NCBI GenBank assembly: GCA_039586795.1
Contig: JBDHJS010000002.1
Coordinates: 32,001 to 96,000 of the forward strand
Direction of reading: 5' to 3'
From: Gemmatimonadota bacterium
Lineage (GTDB): Bacteria; Gemmatimonadota; Gemmatimonadetes; Palauibacterales; KS3-K002
Length of the DNA stretch: 64,000 nt
The notes under the pieces were generated by a model. It was given only the letters and a program-made list of their open reading frames with translations, made no database searches and was not told the DNA's origin. Each line of letters begins with the position of its first letter. Position 1 is the first letter of the stretch. Shown piece after piece: positions 28,570 through 38,097 of this stretch. The translations under genes and the position numbers were made by a program.

Positions 28570-30872
28570 TGCTATCTATCTCATTGTATAATAATGGTTT
28601 ACAGAACTCGCCACCCGCGGGTTTCCGGCTTGCGATCGCACTGAAAAGCATCGCCCTCGTCTTCATCATCGGCGCCGTCATGTCGTCTTCGTCTGCGACG
28701 CTGTTCGCCCAGACGTCATCGAGCGTTACCACGAATCCAAAGATCGGGCTCGTCCTGAGCGGGGGCTCCGCACGCGGCTTCGCTCACATCGGCGTCATCC
28801 GCGCGTTGGAAGAAGCGGGCATCGAAGTGCATGTCGTCACGGGCACGAGCATGGGGAGCATCGTCGGAGGCATGTACGCCATCGGCTACACGCCGGACGA
28901 GATGCTCGAGGTGGCGGGCGGCGCCAACTGGGATCTTCTATTCAACGATGCGCCGTCCCGCCGGAACCTCCCGTTAGCTCGCAAAGCCGAATCGGATCGC
29001 TCGGTACTAACACTCCCCATCCGCGACGGGCGACCGGGACTACCGGGCGGCTTCATCGCCGGCCAGCGCATCAGTCAGTTTCTCGGGACGCTGACTTGGC
29101 GATTCCACCCGGTGACCAACTTCCGCGAGCTGCCGATCTCATACGCCGCCGTGGCTGCGGAAGCGGCCAGCGGCAAGGCGATCCGCCTGGACCGCGGCTA
29201 CTTGCCGGAAGCGATTCACGCCAGCATGGCCATCCCCAGCGTCTTCGCTCCCGTAGAGGTCGATGGCGTGCTCCTCATCGATGGCGGTGTGGCCCGCAAT
29301 CTTCCCGCCGAGGATGCCATCGCTCTCGGAGCCGACGTTTTGATCTGCTCGGATGTATCGAAGCCGCTTGTCCCGGCCGACAGCCTGACCGACTTGCTCG
29401 CCGTGCTCGACCAAACGATAGGGTACCGAGGCTGGTATTCGACACTGGAGCAGCGCGCGCTGTGCGACGTTTTGATCCTGCCGGAGATCAACCAGCTGAG
29501 CAGCACGGCATTTGATAAGGCGGCGGAGTGGGCGGAGTACGGTGAGCTCGCGGCGCGAGAGAAGTTGGCCGAGTTGAACGAGCTCGGCCTGACCGCCAAC
29601 CAGCGTCGGCGATGGCCGGCGCGAACCGCAGCTCTGGCAACGGCCGATCCATTTGCCGATTCCGTATTCGTCTCTCGCATCGAGTTAAAAGGTCTCGTAA
29701 GAGCGACTCACCGTTTCACGCGTGACAAACTGAAGCTGCTCGTTCCTGGCTGGGTCGTGCTGTCCGACCTCGATGAGGGGATCGCGCGCCTTTACGACAG
29801 TGGTCGTTTCCGAACGGTCAAGTACAGACTCGATGAAGATCGCGACGCGAGTGGTGGTCCGAATGTGGACGGCGCCCGCGTTCTGCAGGTTAGCGTCGAC
29901 GAGCAGAGTCTTGCTCAGTTGGGCTTCGGCTATCGATACGACAGTAGGTACAAGGCTTCGATATACGGCTACGTAGAATTGGCCGACCCGCTCGTCTATG
30001 GCTCGCGGCTCAACGTGGATGTACGCCTGGGAGAGCAGGGTCTGGCCATCGGTCACTGGCTGGCGACCTTTGGCAGGCGACCGGAGTTCATCGCCGGCGC
30101 CGAGGCCGGCTACCGACGGATGCCTTTCGACATCTACGAAGGCGACCTTCGCATCGCTTCGCCCCGTGCCTTCGTGACGGACTTCAGCGTGCTGGGTGGT
30201 CTGTTGTTGGGCAACGGTGCGACCGTGGCCGGGCGAGTGAAAGGGGAGTACGCCGACCTGGATGAGTTCGCGGCGGCCGGCCCGCCGTTCGCCGGCGAAG
30301 ATCAAACGTACTACACGCTTGCCGGCCTCTTCATCCTGGACACCTACGATCGAGCCGTCTTTCCGCGCAGCGGGGCAGGGGGCCTGGTCAAGGCGGAGTG
30401 GGCGGACGTCTTCTCGAGTGGCGGGAGCACTTTTTCGCACTTCGTTCTCGACCTGCACGCAGCAGCCCGCGTCTATGAAGGCCTATCCCTGCTGGGCCGA
30501 GTCATCGCAGGAAGCAGCACCGGCACGCTGCCGGACAACTACTACTTCTTCCTCGGCGGAACGAACAGCTACTTCATCTTCCCCGATCGCCATTTCCCGT
30601 TCGCCGGCCTGAAGACGATGCAACTCTTCGGGCAGCACGTGCAGGCTCTGCAATTGGGGATGCAGTACGAGTTCTCCCGCTACCTCATCGGGCGGCTGCG
30701 ATGGAATGGCGGCGCGACGATGGCCGAGTGGGATCTCGACACCGATCTGTGGACCTACGGGATGGACATCACGGTGGCAGCGGTGACCCGCTTCGGTCAC
30801 GGGGCCGTGTCAGCAGCCTGGGACCTCGACTCCGGGTTGCGACTCGTGATCGACGTCGGCTACCCGTTCTAG
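28569..30872 (+). CDS. Patatin-like phospholipase with POTRA and Omp85-type barrel (PlpD/type Vd-like); start uncertain
   Basis: LSGGSARGFAHIG, GTSMG and DGG patatin motifs; POTRA-like segment; beta-strand-rich C-terminus ending GYPF. Confidence 0.85.
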   Translation: MLSISLYNNGLQNSPPAGFRLAIALKSIALVFIIGAVMSSSSATLFAQTSSSVTTNPKIGLVLSGGSARGFAHIGVIRALEEAGIEVHVVTGTSMGSIVGGMYAIGYTPDEMLEVAGGANWDLLFNDAPSRRNLPLARKAESDRSVLTLPIRDGRPGLPGGFIAGQRISQFLGTLTWRFHPVTNFRELPISYAAVAAEAASGKAIRLDRGYLPEAIHASMAIPSVFAPVEVDGVLLIDGGVARNLPAEDAIALGADVLICSDVSKPLVPADSLTDLLAVLDQTIGYRGWYSTLEQRALCDVLILPEINQLSSTAFDKAAEWAEYGELAAREKLAELNELGLTANQRRRWPARTAALATADPFADSVFVSRIELKGLVRATHRFTRDKLKLLVPGWVVLSDLDEGIARLYDSGRFRTVKYRLDEDRDASGGPNVDGARVLQVSVDEQSLAQLGFGYRYDSRYKASIYGYVELADPLVYGSRLNVDVRLGEQGLAIGHWLATFGRRPEFIAGAEAGYRRMPFDIYEGDLRIASPRAFVTDFSVLGGLLLGNGATVAGRVKGEYADLDEFAAAGPPFAGEDQTYYTLAGLFILDTYDRAVFPRSGAGGLVKAEWADVFSSGGSTFSHFVLDLHAAARVYEGLSLLGRVIAGSSTGTLPDNYYFFLGGTNSYFIFPDRHFPFAGLKTMQLFGQHVQALQLGMQYEFSRYLIGRLRWNGGATMAEWDLDTDLWTYGMDITVAAVTRFGHGAVSAAWDLDSGLRLVIDVGYPF

Positions 30873-30876
30873 CGAT

Positions 30877-32568
30877 CTACCATTCGTGCGCGGTGCGCCC
30901 CCGACGAACCGCTCGACCGGGGGTGGCGCCGGTGTGTTCGCCGTCTGTGAGGACCGCCACGCCGTTCACGAGCACGTGCAGCATCCCTGTCGCATACTGG
31001 TGCGGCGCGTCGAACGTGGCGTGATCGATGATCTCATCCGGATTGAAGACCACGATATCCGCGAAGTAGCCGGCCTCGATCGACCCGCGCCCGTCGAGAC
31101 CCAGGTTCGTGGCCGGCAAACGGGTCAGCCGCCGCACTGCCTCCGCCAGCGTGATCACCCGTTCCTCACGGACGTACTTGCCCAGCAGTCGGGAGAACGT
31201 TCCATAGGCGCGGGGGTGTGGGTTCGACTTGATGAACACTCCTTCCGGCGCCAACGAGCCGGCGTCCGACCCGAAGCTCACCCACGGCTGGGCCACCTTC
31301 TTGGCGACGTTCTCCTCCGACATGGTGAAGTAGACGCAACCGACCCGGCTGTCGTCTTCGATCACCAGGTCCATCGCGGTCTCCTCCGGCGACGTGCCGC
31401 GCATCTCCGCGACTTCGGCCAGCGTCTTCCCGGTCAGGTGCTTCAGATCATCGTTCTTGAAGCTCACCAGCAAGACCTTGTCAGCCGAACCTGCGGCCAA
31501 GTACGTGTTCGACCACTCGTCGGACAGCGTGACCATCTCACGCTTCACGCGTTCCCTAATCTCCGGGTCCTTCAGTCGCTCGACCCACGCATCGTGCCCA
31601 CCTTCCTGCACCCACGGCGGCATCGACGCGTCGAGACCCGTGGAGCTCGCCGGGTAGGTGTACATGTCGGCGGTGATCCTCAGCCCTTCCGCTCGCGCCG
31701 CTTCGACGCGCGCGAACACCTCATCCAGCTTGTCCCAATTGTCTCTACCCGATGCCTTGAGGTGATAGATCTCGGCCGGGATGTTCGCCTCGCGGGCAAC
31801 TCTGAAAAGCTCGTCCATCGCTGGGAAGATCGTGTAACTCTCGTTCCGCATGTGAGTGATGTAGATACCACCGTACTCGGCGGCGACCTTCGCAAGCTCG
31901 ATCAGCTCCTCGGTCTCGGCGTAGAAGGCGGGCGCGTAAATGAGCGACGACCCGAGACCCAGCGCGCCGTCTCCCATCGCCTGCCGCACCAGGCTACGCA
32001 TCTCATCCAATTCCTCGGGCGTCGGTGCTCGGTCCTCGTATCCGAGCACGTGGATACGCACGGTCGTCGCCCCGACGAATGACGCGACGTTCGTCGAGAT
32101 GCCCCGGTTCTCCAGGTATTCGAGATATTCGTCGAGTGTGGTCCACTCGATCTCGAACTTGATGTCGCCCTGGCTGGCCTCTTCCTCGGCCTTCATCTCT
32201 TCGTTGAGTGGGCCCATCGACCACCCCTCGCCGAATACCTCGAGCGTCACGCCCTGACGTATGTCGCTCTGCGAGCGGCCGTCCTCGATCAGCGACTCGG
32301 TGGCCCAACTCAACATGTTGATGAAGCCTGGCGCTACGGCCAGCCCGCTGGCATCGATCTCGGTCGCGCCGCGTACCTCCCGCAGATCACCCACCGCGGC
32401 GATCTTGTCCCCGTCGATCGCCACGTCGGCGACGTACCCCGGCTCTCCGCTTCCGTCGTATACCGCGCCGCCCCGGATCACGACATCGTAGTCAGGCGCG
32501 CCAGCGCACGCCCCCAATACACACAGCAAGGCGCTCAGCCAGATTCGCGCGCCAAGGCCGACTCGCAT
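30877..32568 (-). CDS. N-acyl-D-amino-acid deacylase (D-aminoacylase) family lipoprotein
   Basis: Lipobox (GAC); VAPGFI, THMRNE, YHLK, GSDAG and HPRAYGTF motifs. Confidence 0.92.
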   Translation of the reverse strand: MRVGLGARIWLSALLCVLGACAGAPDYDVVIRGGAVYDGSGEPGYVADVAIDGDKIAAVGDLREVRGATEIDASGLAVAPGFINMLSWATESLIEDGRSQSDIRQGVTLEVFGEGWSMGPLNEEMKAEEEASQGDIKFEIEWTTLDEYLEYLENRGISTNVASFVGATTVRIHVLGYEDRAPTPEELDEMRSLVRQAMGDGALGLGSSLIYAPAFYAETEELIELAKVAAEYGGIYITHMRNESYTIFPAMDELFRVAREANIPAEIYHLKASGRDNWDKLDEVFARVEAARAEGLRITADMYTYPASSTGLDASMPPWVQEGGHDAWVERLKDPEIRERVKREMVTLSDEWSNTYLAAGSADKVLLVSFKNDDLKHLTGKTLAEVAEMRGTSPEETAMDLVIEDDSRVGCVYFTMSEENVAKKVAQPWVSFGSDAGSLAPEGVFIKSNPHPRAYGTFSRLLGKYVREERVITLAEAVRRLTRLPATNLGLDGRGSIEAGYFADIVVFNPDEIIDHATFDAPHQYATGMLHVLVNGVAVLTDGEHTGATPGRAVRRGRTAHEW

Positions 32569-32652
32569 GATTTCCTCCAGGATGGTCTGTGGGCGATGAT
32601 GCTCCCGGTCGAGACTAATTACTTCGCGCGGCGGGCCCCCGCAACACGCGGG

Positions 32653-34005
32653 TCACTTACCGATGCAGAAGCGGGAGAATACGTGGGCCAGCAGCTCGTC
32701 GGGGGCGATGACGCCGAGCAGCTCCTCGAGGGACCGCGCCGCCGAACGCAGGTGAGTCGCCGCTACTTCAGGCGCCAGCTTCGCCGACCGCGCATCGCAG
32801 AACTCCTGAATCTCATCCCGGGCTCGACGTAGGTCCCGGGCGTGGCGCTCCCGGGTCACGAGCGGGGAATCAGCGTCTCGTGCCAGCGCTCGCGAAAACA
32901 CCGCCTCTACCAAGAGCTCGCGCAGCGCACCCAACCCGGAACCCGTCTCGGCCGACACAGAAACTTCCGGCGCCGCGAGCTCCGCCCCCTCCGGCGCGAC
33001 CGCGTCGGCTATGAGATCATTCTTGGTGCGAACCAAGACGACCACATCGGCCTCGACTTCGTCCAGGAACCGATGCTCCTCATCCGATAGCGCTCTGCCT
33101 TCCTCGACGCAGAACAGCACGACGTCGGCCCCTTCCAGGTAGCGCCGCGCCACCTCGATTCCCTTTCGCTCAACCTTGCCCGGCGCCTCTCTCAGACCCG
33201 CCGTGTCCACCAGGCGGAACGGATAGCCTTCGAGAGAGACGACCGCCTCGACGGCGTCTCGGGTCGTGCCCGGCTCATCGGTGACGATCACACGCTCGGT
33301 GCCACAAAGGGCGTTGAACAGGCTCGACTTCCCGGCGTTGGGCCGGCCGGCGATCACCGTTAGCGCGCCCTCACGGACCAGCTCGCCGTCCGTTGCGGTC
33401 TCGAGCAGCCGATCGATGCGCGCCGCTACTTCTCGCGCTGCGGTGTCGATCTCCTCCGCGGCCACCGGCCCTTCGTCTTCCTCGGGGAAATCGATCTCGT
33501 ACACCAGCAGCGCTTCGCATTGGATCACCGCTTCCCGCAGCTCCTCTATGCGACGCGACAGCCCCCGGTCCAGCTGGTGGAGCGCCGCCCGATGACCAGC
33601 CGCCGAGCGGCCATCCACCAGATCCAGAATCGCTTCCGCCTGGAGCAAATCGAGCTTTCCATTCAGGTACGCCCGACGGGTGAACTCCCCGGGCTCGGCC
33701 GGCCGCGCGCCAGCGGCAAGAATCGCATCCAGCGTGAGCTGCGGCGCCAAAGCGCCCCCGTGACAACTCAACTCGAGCATGTCTTCGCCGGTGTAGCTGC
33801 GAGGGGTAGGGAAGTAGGTGGCGAGGACCTGATCGGCACGCGCGCCTGTCTCCGGATGGATCAACCAGCGAAGCGATGGCTCACGCTCGGGAAGCTCCTC
33901 ATCGAAGCAGCGATCCATCACGCCGAGAACGTCTGGCCCAGAAACACGAACCACCGCGATGGCCGAGCGGCCGGGGGCGGTGGAGATTGCTGCAATCGTG
34001 TTCAT
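32653..34005 (-). CDS. mnmE: tRNA modification GTPase MnmE (TrmE)
   Basis: TIAAIST, SYTGED, GRPNAGKSS, GTTRD, DTAG and C-terminal FCIGK. Confidence 0.98.
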   Translation of the reverse strand: MNTIAAISTAPGRSAIAVVRVSGPDVLGVMDRCFDEELPEREPSLRWLIHPETGARADQVLATYFPTPRSYTGEDMLELSCHGGALAPQLTLDAILAAGARPAEPGEFTRRAYLNGKLDLLQAEAILDLVDGRSAAGHRAALHQLDRGLSRRIEELREAVIQCEALLVYEIDFPEEDEGPVAAEEIDTAAREVAARIDRLLETATDGELVREGALTVIAGRPNAGKSSLFNALCGTERVIVTDEPGTTRDAVEAVVSLEGYPFRLVDTAGLREAPGKVERKGIEVARRYLEGADVVLFCVEEGRALSDEEHRFLDEVEADVVVLVRTKNDLIADAVAPEGAELAAPEVSVSAETGSGLGALRELLVEAVFSRALARDADSPLVTRERHARDLRRARDEIQEFCDARSAKLAPEVAATHLRSAARSLEELLGVIAPDELLAHVFSRFCIGK

Positions 34006-34010
34006 TGCCT

Positions 34011-34103
34011 TGGGATTCTGTGGTTAGGGGATTACGAGATTCGGGGATTCCGGGATTGGAGACGATCAATCCCAGAATCTCGTAATCCCCGAATCCCCGA
34101 ATC
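34011..34103. repeat. Octamer-based REP-like palindrome
   Basis: GGGGATTACGAGATTCGGGGATT ... AATCCCAGAATCTCGTAATCCCCGAATCCCCGAATC. Confidence 0.8.
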
Positions 34104-35830
34104 TACGTCTTAGCCTTCGCCGTCTTGCCCGGCGGCGGCTGGTTCGCCGCCGCGCGCCGCTCCTTCGCCAGATAGAGTTGCTGGGGGAGCGAGGCCAGGT
34201 TCATCGTCGCGTAGTAGAGATTGAGGCCCGATGCAAAGCGCAGGAACAGCACGACCATCATGATCGGCATGATCCACATCATCATCTTCATCTGCGGATT
34301 GCTCTGCGGCATGCTCTTGTGCGTGATCCACTGTAGCAACCAGATGGACGCACCCATCAGCACCGGGATGATGTAGAGCGGGTCCGGTTGCGACAGGTCG
34401 GGCAGCCAGAGGAACGGCACGCCGCGGAACTCGATCGTGTCCCTAAAGACGAAGAACAGAGCGATCAGTATCGGGAAGGGAAGCAGCATCGGGAGGCAAC
34501 CGCCCAGCGGGTTCACCTTGTGCTCCCGGTAGAGCTTCATCATTTCCTGTTGCAGCTTCTGCGGGTCGTTCTTGTACTTCTCCTGGATCTCCTTCATCAA
34601 CGGCTGCACGCGCATCGTCGCCATCTGCGAGCGCATGCTCTTCTGGTACAACGGGAAGAGCACGACCCTGATGCCGATGCCGAAGATGATGAGGATCCAA
34701 CCGTAGCCCAGCCCCAGGAAGCGGTGCATCCAGACCAGCAACGTCGTGATCGCTCCGGCCAGCGGACGAAGCACCGGTTGCAGCCACTTGTAACCGTACG
34801 GCGTGACCTGCTCGAGGTCGTAGCCCACCGCCTTCAGGCGCCCGTAGTCCTGGGGACCCAGGTAGATGGTGTACGCGAACCGCCCGTCCCGCGGCACTGA
34901 GAAGCTGGCAAAGCCGTTCGCGCGAAACGGATTCGGTTGTCCATCAATCACCACGCCACCGAACCGCCGATCCTCCGTCGCACCCGGCGGCAAGACCAGC
35001 GCGTTCACGAAGTACTTCGTGCGCACGGCCGTCCAATCAAAGGGGCCGTCGATGATCACTCGCGAACCGTCTACGACATCGACGACCTTCTCTGAACTCA
35101 CTCCCTCCGGGCCTTTGCCGCTGAACGCGAGGTTCGCGTCGTAATCGTTCTCCGGGTCCCACTCGTTGCTCTGCAGGCCCGGGCCCAAACCCATGGCCCA
35201 CCAGCCCGTCGGCTGGACACCGCCCAGTTCGCCCTCCAGATCGATCACGTAGCTGTCCGGCCGGAAGGTGTAGCGGATCTCGAGTTGGAACGGGACCCCT
35301 TCAGGACGATACGAGAGGGTGAGCGTTCGAGGCTGACCGCCCTCCGCCAGCCTCAGCCCGTTCCTCGGGCTTATCTCGAACGGAACGCGGGCGAAATCGA
35401 GCGTGTCGTTTCCGACCAGCCACTTGTGCGTGAAGAACGTCTCGGCGAATGCCGGAACCAGTTCCACGACCTCGCCCTTCGTGTTCGGTGCGAGCGACTC
35501 GAACTGCAGCATCTCCGCCGAGACCACGCGCCCACCGTGCTGACCGAAGCCGATCCGGTAGAGCGGGCCGGTGACCCAGACGGTGTCTTCCGCCTCCGGC
35601 TCGTCCGCCGCCGTGATACCCGGCAGCTGCTCCTCGGCCTGTTCGGTAGCGATCGGCTGTCGCCCCGGGGCGAGGGTCTCGGCCACCGCATCCGCCACAT
35701 CTTCCGGAACCGTGACGGAGTCCTCGACCACCACCGGTCGCTCCGGTGGCGGGGGTGGAGGGAACATGACGTTCACTATGAAGACGGTCGCGATCATCAA
35801 GACCACGGCCAGTATCAGTCGCTTCTCCAT
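34103..35830 (-). CDS. yidC: Membrane protein insertase YidC
   Basis: MEKRLILA N-terminus; YLGP; NPLGGCLPML; FLWLPDLSQPDP; GLNLYY. Confidence 0.97.
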   Translation of the reverse strand: MEKRLILAVVLMIATVFIVNVMFPPPPPPERPVVVEDSVTVPEDVADAVAETLAPGRQPIATEQAEEQLPGITAADEPEAEDTVWVTGPLYRIGFGQHGGRVVSAEMLQFESLAPNTKGEVVELVPAFAETFFTHKWLVGNDTLDFARVPFEISPRNGLRLAEGGQPRTLTLSYRPEGVPFQLEIRYTFRPDSYVIDLEGELGGVQPTGWWAMGLGPGLQSNEWDPENDYDANLAFSGKGPEGVSSEKVVDVVDGSRVIIDGPFDWTAVRTKYFVNALVLPPGATEDRRFGGVVIDGQPNPFRANGFASFSVPRDGRFAYTIYLGPQDYGRLKAVGYDLEQVTPYGYKWLQPVLRPLAGAITTLLVWMHRFLGLGYGWILIIFGIGIRVVLFPLYQKSMRSQMATMRVQPLMKEIQEKYKNDPQKLQQEMMKLYREHKVNPLGGCLPMLLPFPILIALFFVFRDTIEFRGVPFLWLPDLSQPDPLYIIPVLMGASIWLLQWITHKSMPQSNPQMKMMMWIMPIMMVVLFLRFASGLNLYYATMNLASLPQQLYLAKERRAAANQPPPGKTAKAKT

Positions 35831-35838
35831 ATCGAGTC

Positions 35839-36051
35839 CTACGGCACCGGGTCGTATCCGCCCCGACGGAACGGATGGCAACGGCCGATGCGTCGCAGAG
35901 CGAGCCAGCTACCCTTGAGTGCGCCGTGGCGTCCCAACGCTTCGATCGCATACTGAGAGCAACTGGGCGTATATCGACACGCGGGTGGCAGCAGCGGCGA
36001 AATCGCCAGCTGATATCCGCGTACCATCATCATCAGGAACCGGGCGAGCAT
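35839..36051 (-). CDS. yidD: Membrane protein insertion efficiency factor YidD
   Basis: [29 protein letters not shown]. Confidence 0.96.
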   Translation of the reverse strand: MLARFLMMMVRGYQLAISPLLPPACRYTPSCSQYAIEALGRHGALKGSWLALRRIGRCHPFRRGGYDPVP

Positions 36052-36602
36052 AGCTGTTCCGCTAGATCGACGATCTCTTCCTTCAATTGCTCGAACGCGA
36101 CTTCGTAAGCCGCGGGTCGGGCGCGAATCAAGATGTCCAACGCGACGCCCCGTTCCAAGCAGCGTGGCAGCAGGTGTTGCCGTGCCGCTTCCCTGAGCCT
36201 GCGTTTGACGCGATTGCGGGCAACAATCTTATGCCCATGCTTCGGAACCACCAGCGCCAGGCGCGGACGCAACGCGGGGGAGTCGGCGACGTACACGTCG
36301 AGATGACCCGTGCGCCTCCGCTCCCCCCGGCGAAATAATGCCTCGATGTCCGACTTCAGCCGGATACGCGCGCTACGCGGAAACCGGTAGCTGCCGCCCT
36401 TCCCGACCTCTACTTCTTCGGGACCGTCGCGGCGATTCGTTTCCGGCCCTTCCGACGCCGCCGGTTCACTGTGGCCCGGCCCGCCTTGGTCTTCATCCGG
36501 GCCCGGAACCCGTGCTTGCGCAGACGCCTCCGGTTCCGGGGACGGTATGTTGGTTTCATGGGGTCGACCCCTAGATATCGTTGCCAACCAAAGACTTCTC
36601 AT
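36033..36602 (-). CDS. rnpA: Ribonuclease P protein component; conserved core about 36033-36390; nearest ATG upstream of the core is 36602, upstream of rpmH
   Basis: FPRSARIR...[24 protein letters not shown] motif. No ATG/GTG/TTG in frame between 36584 and the conserved core. Confidence 0.85.
   Translation of the reverse strand: MRSLWLATISRGRPHETNIPSPEPEASAQARVPGPDEDQGGPGHSEPAASEGPETNRRDGPEEVEVGKGGSYRFPRSARIRLKSDIEALFRRGERRRTGHLDVYVADSPALRPRLALVVPKHGHKIVARNRVKRRLREAARQHLLPRCLERGVALDILIRARPAAYEVAFEQLKEEIVDLAEQLCSPGS
36410..36559 (-). CDS. rpmH: 50S ribosomal protein L34
   Basis: Manual translation [49 protein letters not shown] (49 aa, below the ORF-track cutoff). Confidence 0.97.
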   Translation of the reverse strand: MKPTYRPRNRRRLRKHGFRARMKTKAGRATVNRRRRKGRKRIAATVPKK

Positions 36603-36621
36603 GCTTTTGACGAGGGCCCCA

Positions 36622-36650
36622 ATTATATCCGGCCACGGGTGTCCAATCAA
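36622..36650 (-). promoter_or_regulatory. Sigma70-type promoter for the rpmH-rnpA operon
   Basis: TTGATT-N17-TATAAT on the minus strand. Confidence 0.75.
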
Positions 36651-36678
36651 GGCGGATTGCGGCTTTCCGGTGTTCATT

Positions 36679-36748
36679 AGGGGATTACGAGATTCGGGGG
36701 TTCGGGGATTCGGTGGTGGTTCTAAATCCGGAAATCCCTAGATCCCCA
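36679..36748. repeat. Octamer-based REP-like element
   Basis: GGGGATTACGAGATTCGGGGGTTCGGGGATTCGG. Confidence 0.7.
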
Positions 36749-37940
36749 ACGCTCTCCACAGCGACCGCAGGCCCAACAGGGCCGCCACCAGGACCATCGT
36801 CGCCCCCAGCAGGTTGCTCGCCAGGCCGTTGGCCCGCTGGCCCAGGAGCGCCCGATCGTTCGCCACCCAGAGCAAGAATCCGGCGATGATCGGCAGCAGC
36901 AGCCCATTGGCTGCCTGGGCGAAGATGATGGCTGGCACCGGCCGTACGGCGAGCAAGGAGAAGGCGACGCCAACCAAGAGGACGGGAACCCAGGTCCACC
37001 GCGCCCTAGCCGATCGCAGGTCCGCATCCCAACCCATGACACCGCACGTCGCGTACGCCGCCGCCAGTGGAGCAGTGATCGCCGAGGACAGCCCGGCCGC
37101 CAACAAACCGAACGCGAAGAAAGCTCCCGCCCAACGTCCCAGGAGCGGCTCCAGCGCCTTTGCCATGTCACCGGCGTTAGTCACCTGGGTCAACGCCGGC
37201 AGGCTGGCAGCCGTCACGAGAACGGCAATCGAAATCAGGCCGCCGAAGCTGACCGAAATGGCGGTGTCCGCTCGGGCGAGGGGAAGATCATCAGCCGTCT
37301 TCCAGCGCTCGTGCGCGGCCGACGCGTGCAAGAACAGGTTGTACGGAACCACCGTCGTCCCGACGAGCCCCAGGGCGACAACCAAAACTGCCGGGTCTGC
37401 GAAACCGCTGGGGATCGCGCCACGGAGCAGAGCACCCAAATCGGGTTTGACCGCGATCGCCGTCGTCAGAAAGACCAGACCCATGACGGTGACCAGTCCG
37501 ACCAGCGCCTTCTCGACCCACCGGTACCGACCGCTCCAGAGCAGAGCGAACGCGCCCAGCCCCAGAGCCGGTCCCCAGAACCTCCCGCTTCCACCCAACA
37601 GCTCCTGCAAACCGAGTGCACCGCCCAGGAGATTGCCTGTCTCGTACGCGGCGTTCCCGATGAGAATCGCGCCGATGACCAGGGCGGCGGAGAGAACGCG
37701 GGGCAAACCGCCTTGAAATCGCCGACGCATCGCTTCCCCCAGGCCCATGCCACCGACGACGCCCAATCGCGCGGACATCTCCTGAAGGACGAGCGCCGCC
37801 ATTACGGCGAACACCAGAGCCCAGACCAGCACGTAGCCGTAACGAGCACCCGCTACCGTCGCCGTGGTCACCGTACCGGGCCCGATGAATGCCGCTGCTA
37901 CCACCGCGCCGGGTCCGATCCTGAGATCGCGAAACTTCAT
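36738..37940 (-). CDS. NRAMP-family (YcsG-like) divalent metal transporter
   Basis: GPGAVVAAAFIGPGTVTT, LQEMSARLG and GTTVVPYNLFLHA; about 11 TM helices; RBS GGAGG. Confidence 0.88.
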   Translation of the reverse strand: MKFRDLRIGPGAVVAAAFIGPGTVTTATVAGARYGYVLVWALVFAVMAALVLQEMSARLGVVGGMGLGEAMRRRFQGGLPRVLSAALVIGAILIGNAAYETGNLLGGALGLQELLGGSGRFWGPALGLGAFALLWSGRYRWVEKALVGLVTVMGLVFLTTAIAVKPDLGALLRGAIPSGFADPAVLVVALGLVGTTVVPYNLFLHASAAHERWKTADDLPLARADTAISVSFGGLISIAVLVTAASLPALTQVTNAGDMAKALEPLLGRWAGAFFAFGLLAAGLSSAITAPLAAAYATCGVMGWDADLRSARARWTWVPVLLVGVAFSLLAVRPVPAIIFAQAANGLLLPIIAGFLLWVANDRALLGQRANGLASNLLGATMVLVAALLGLRSLWRALGI

Positions 37941-37991
37941 CTGCGCCTCCCTGCTCCCACTCGATCGCAAAAACCTCTCGCTCGCCATCGC

Positions 37992-38020
37992 TTGACGAAA
38001 CCAGGTGACTCGTCTAAGAT
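37992..38020 (+). promoter_or_regulatory. Sigma70-type promoter of dnaA
   Basis: TTGACG-N17-TAAGAT. Confidence 0.7.
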
Positions 38021-38097
38021 GGCGCGCGGCTTTCCTTCCAGCCGCAAACTCAGAAAAAAGATTAGAGCCTCAACTTCCCTACTGCGCGCCCGAATCG

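Noticed and set aside
36603..36677. ATG 36677 as the rnpA start (214-aa ORF)
   Set aside because: Lies upstream of the predicted rpmH promoter, so it is unlikely to be on the transcript.
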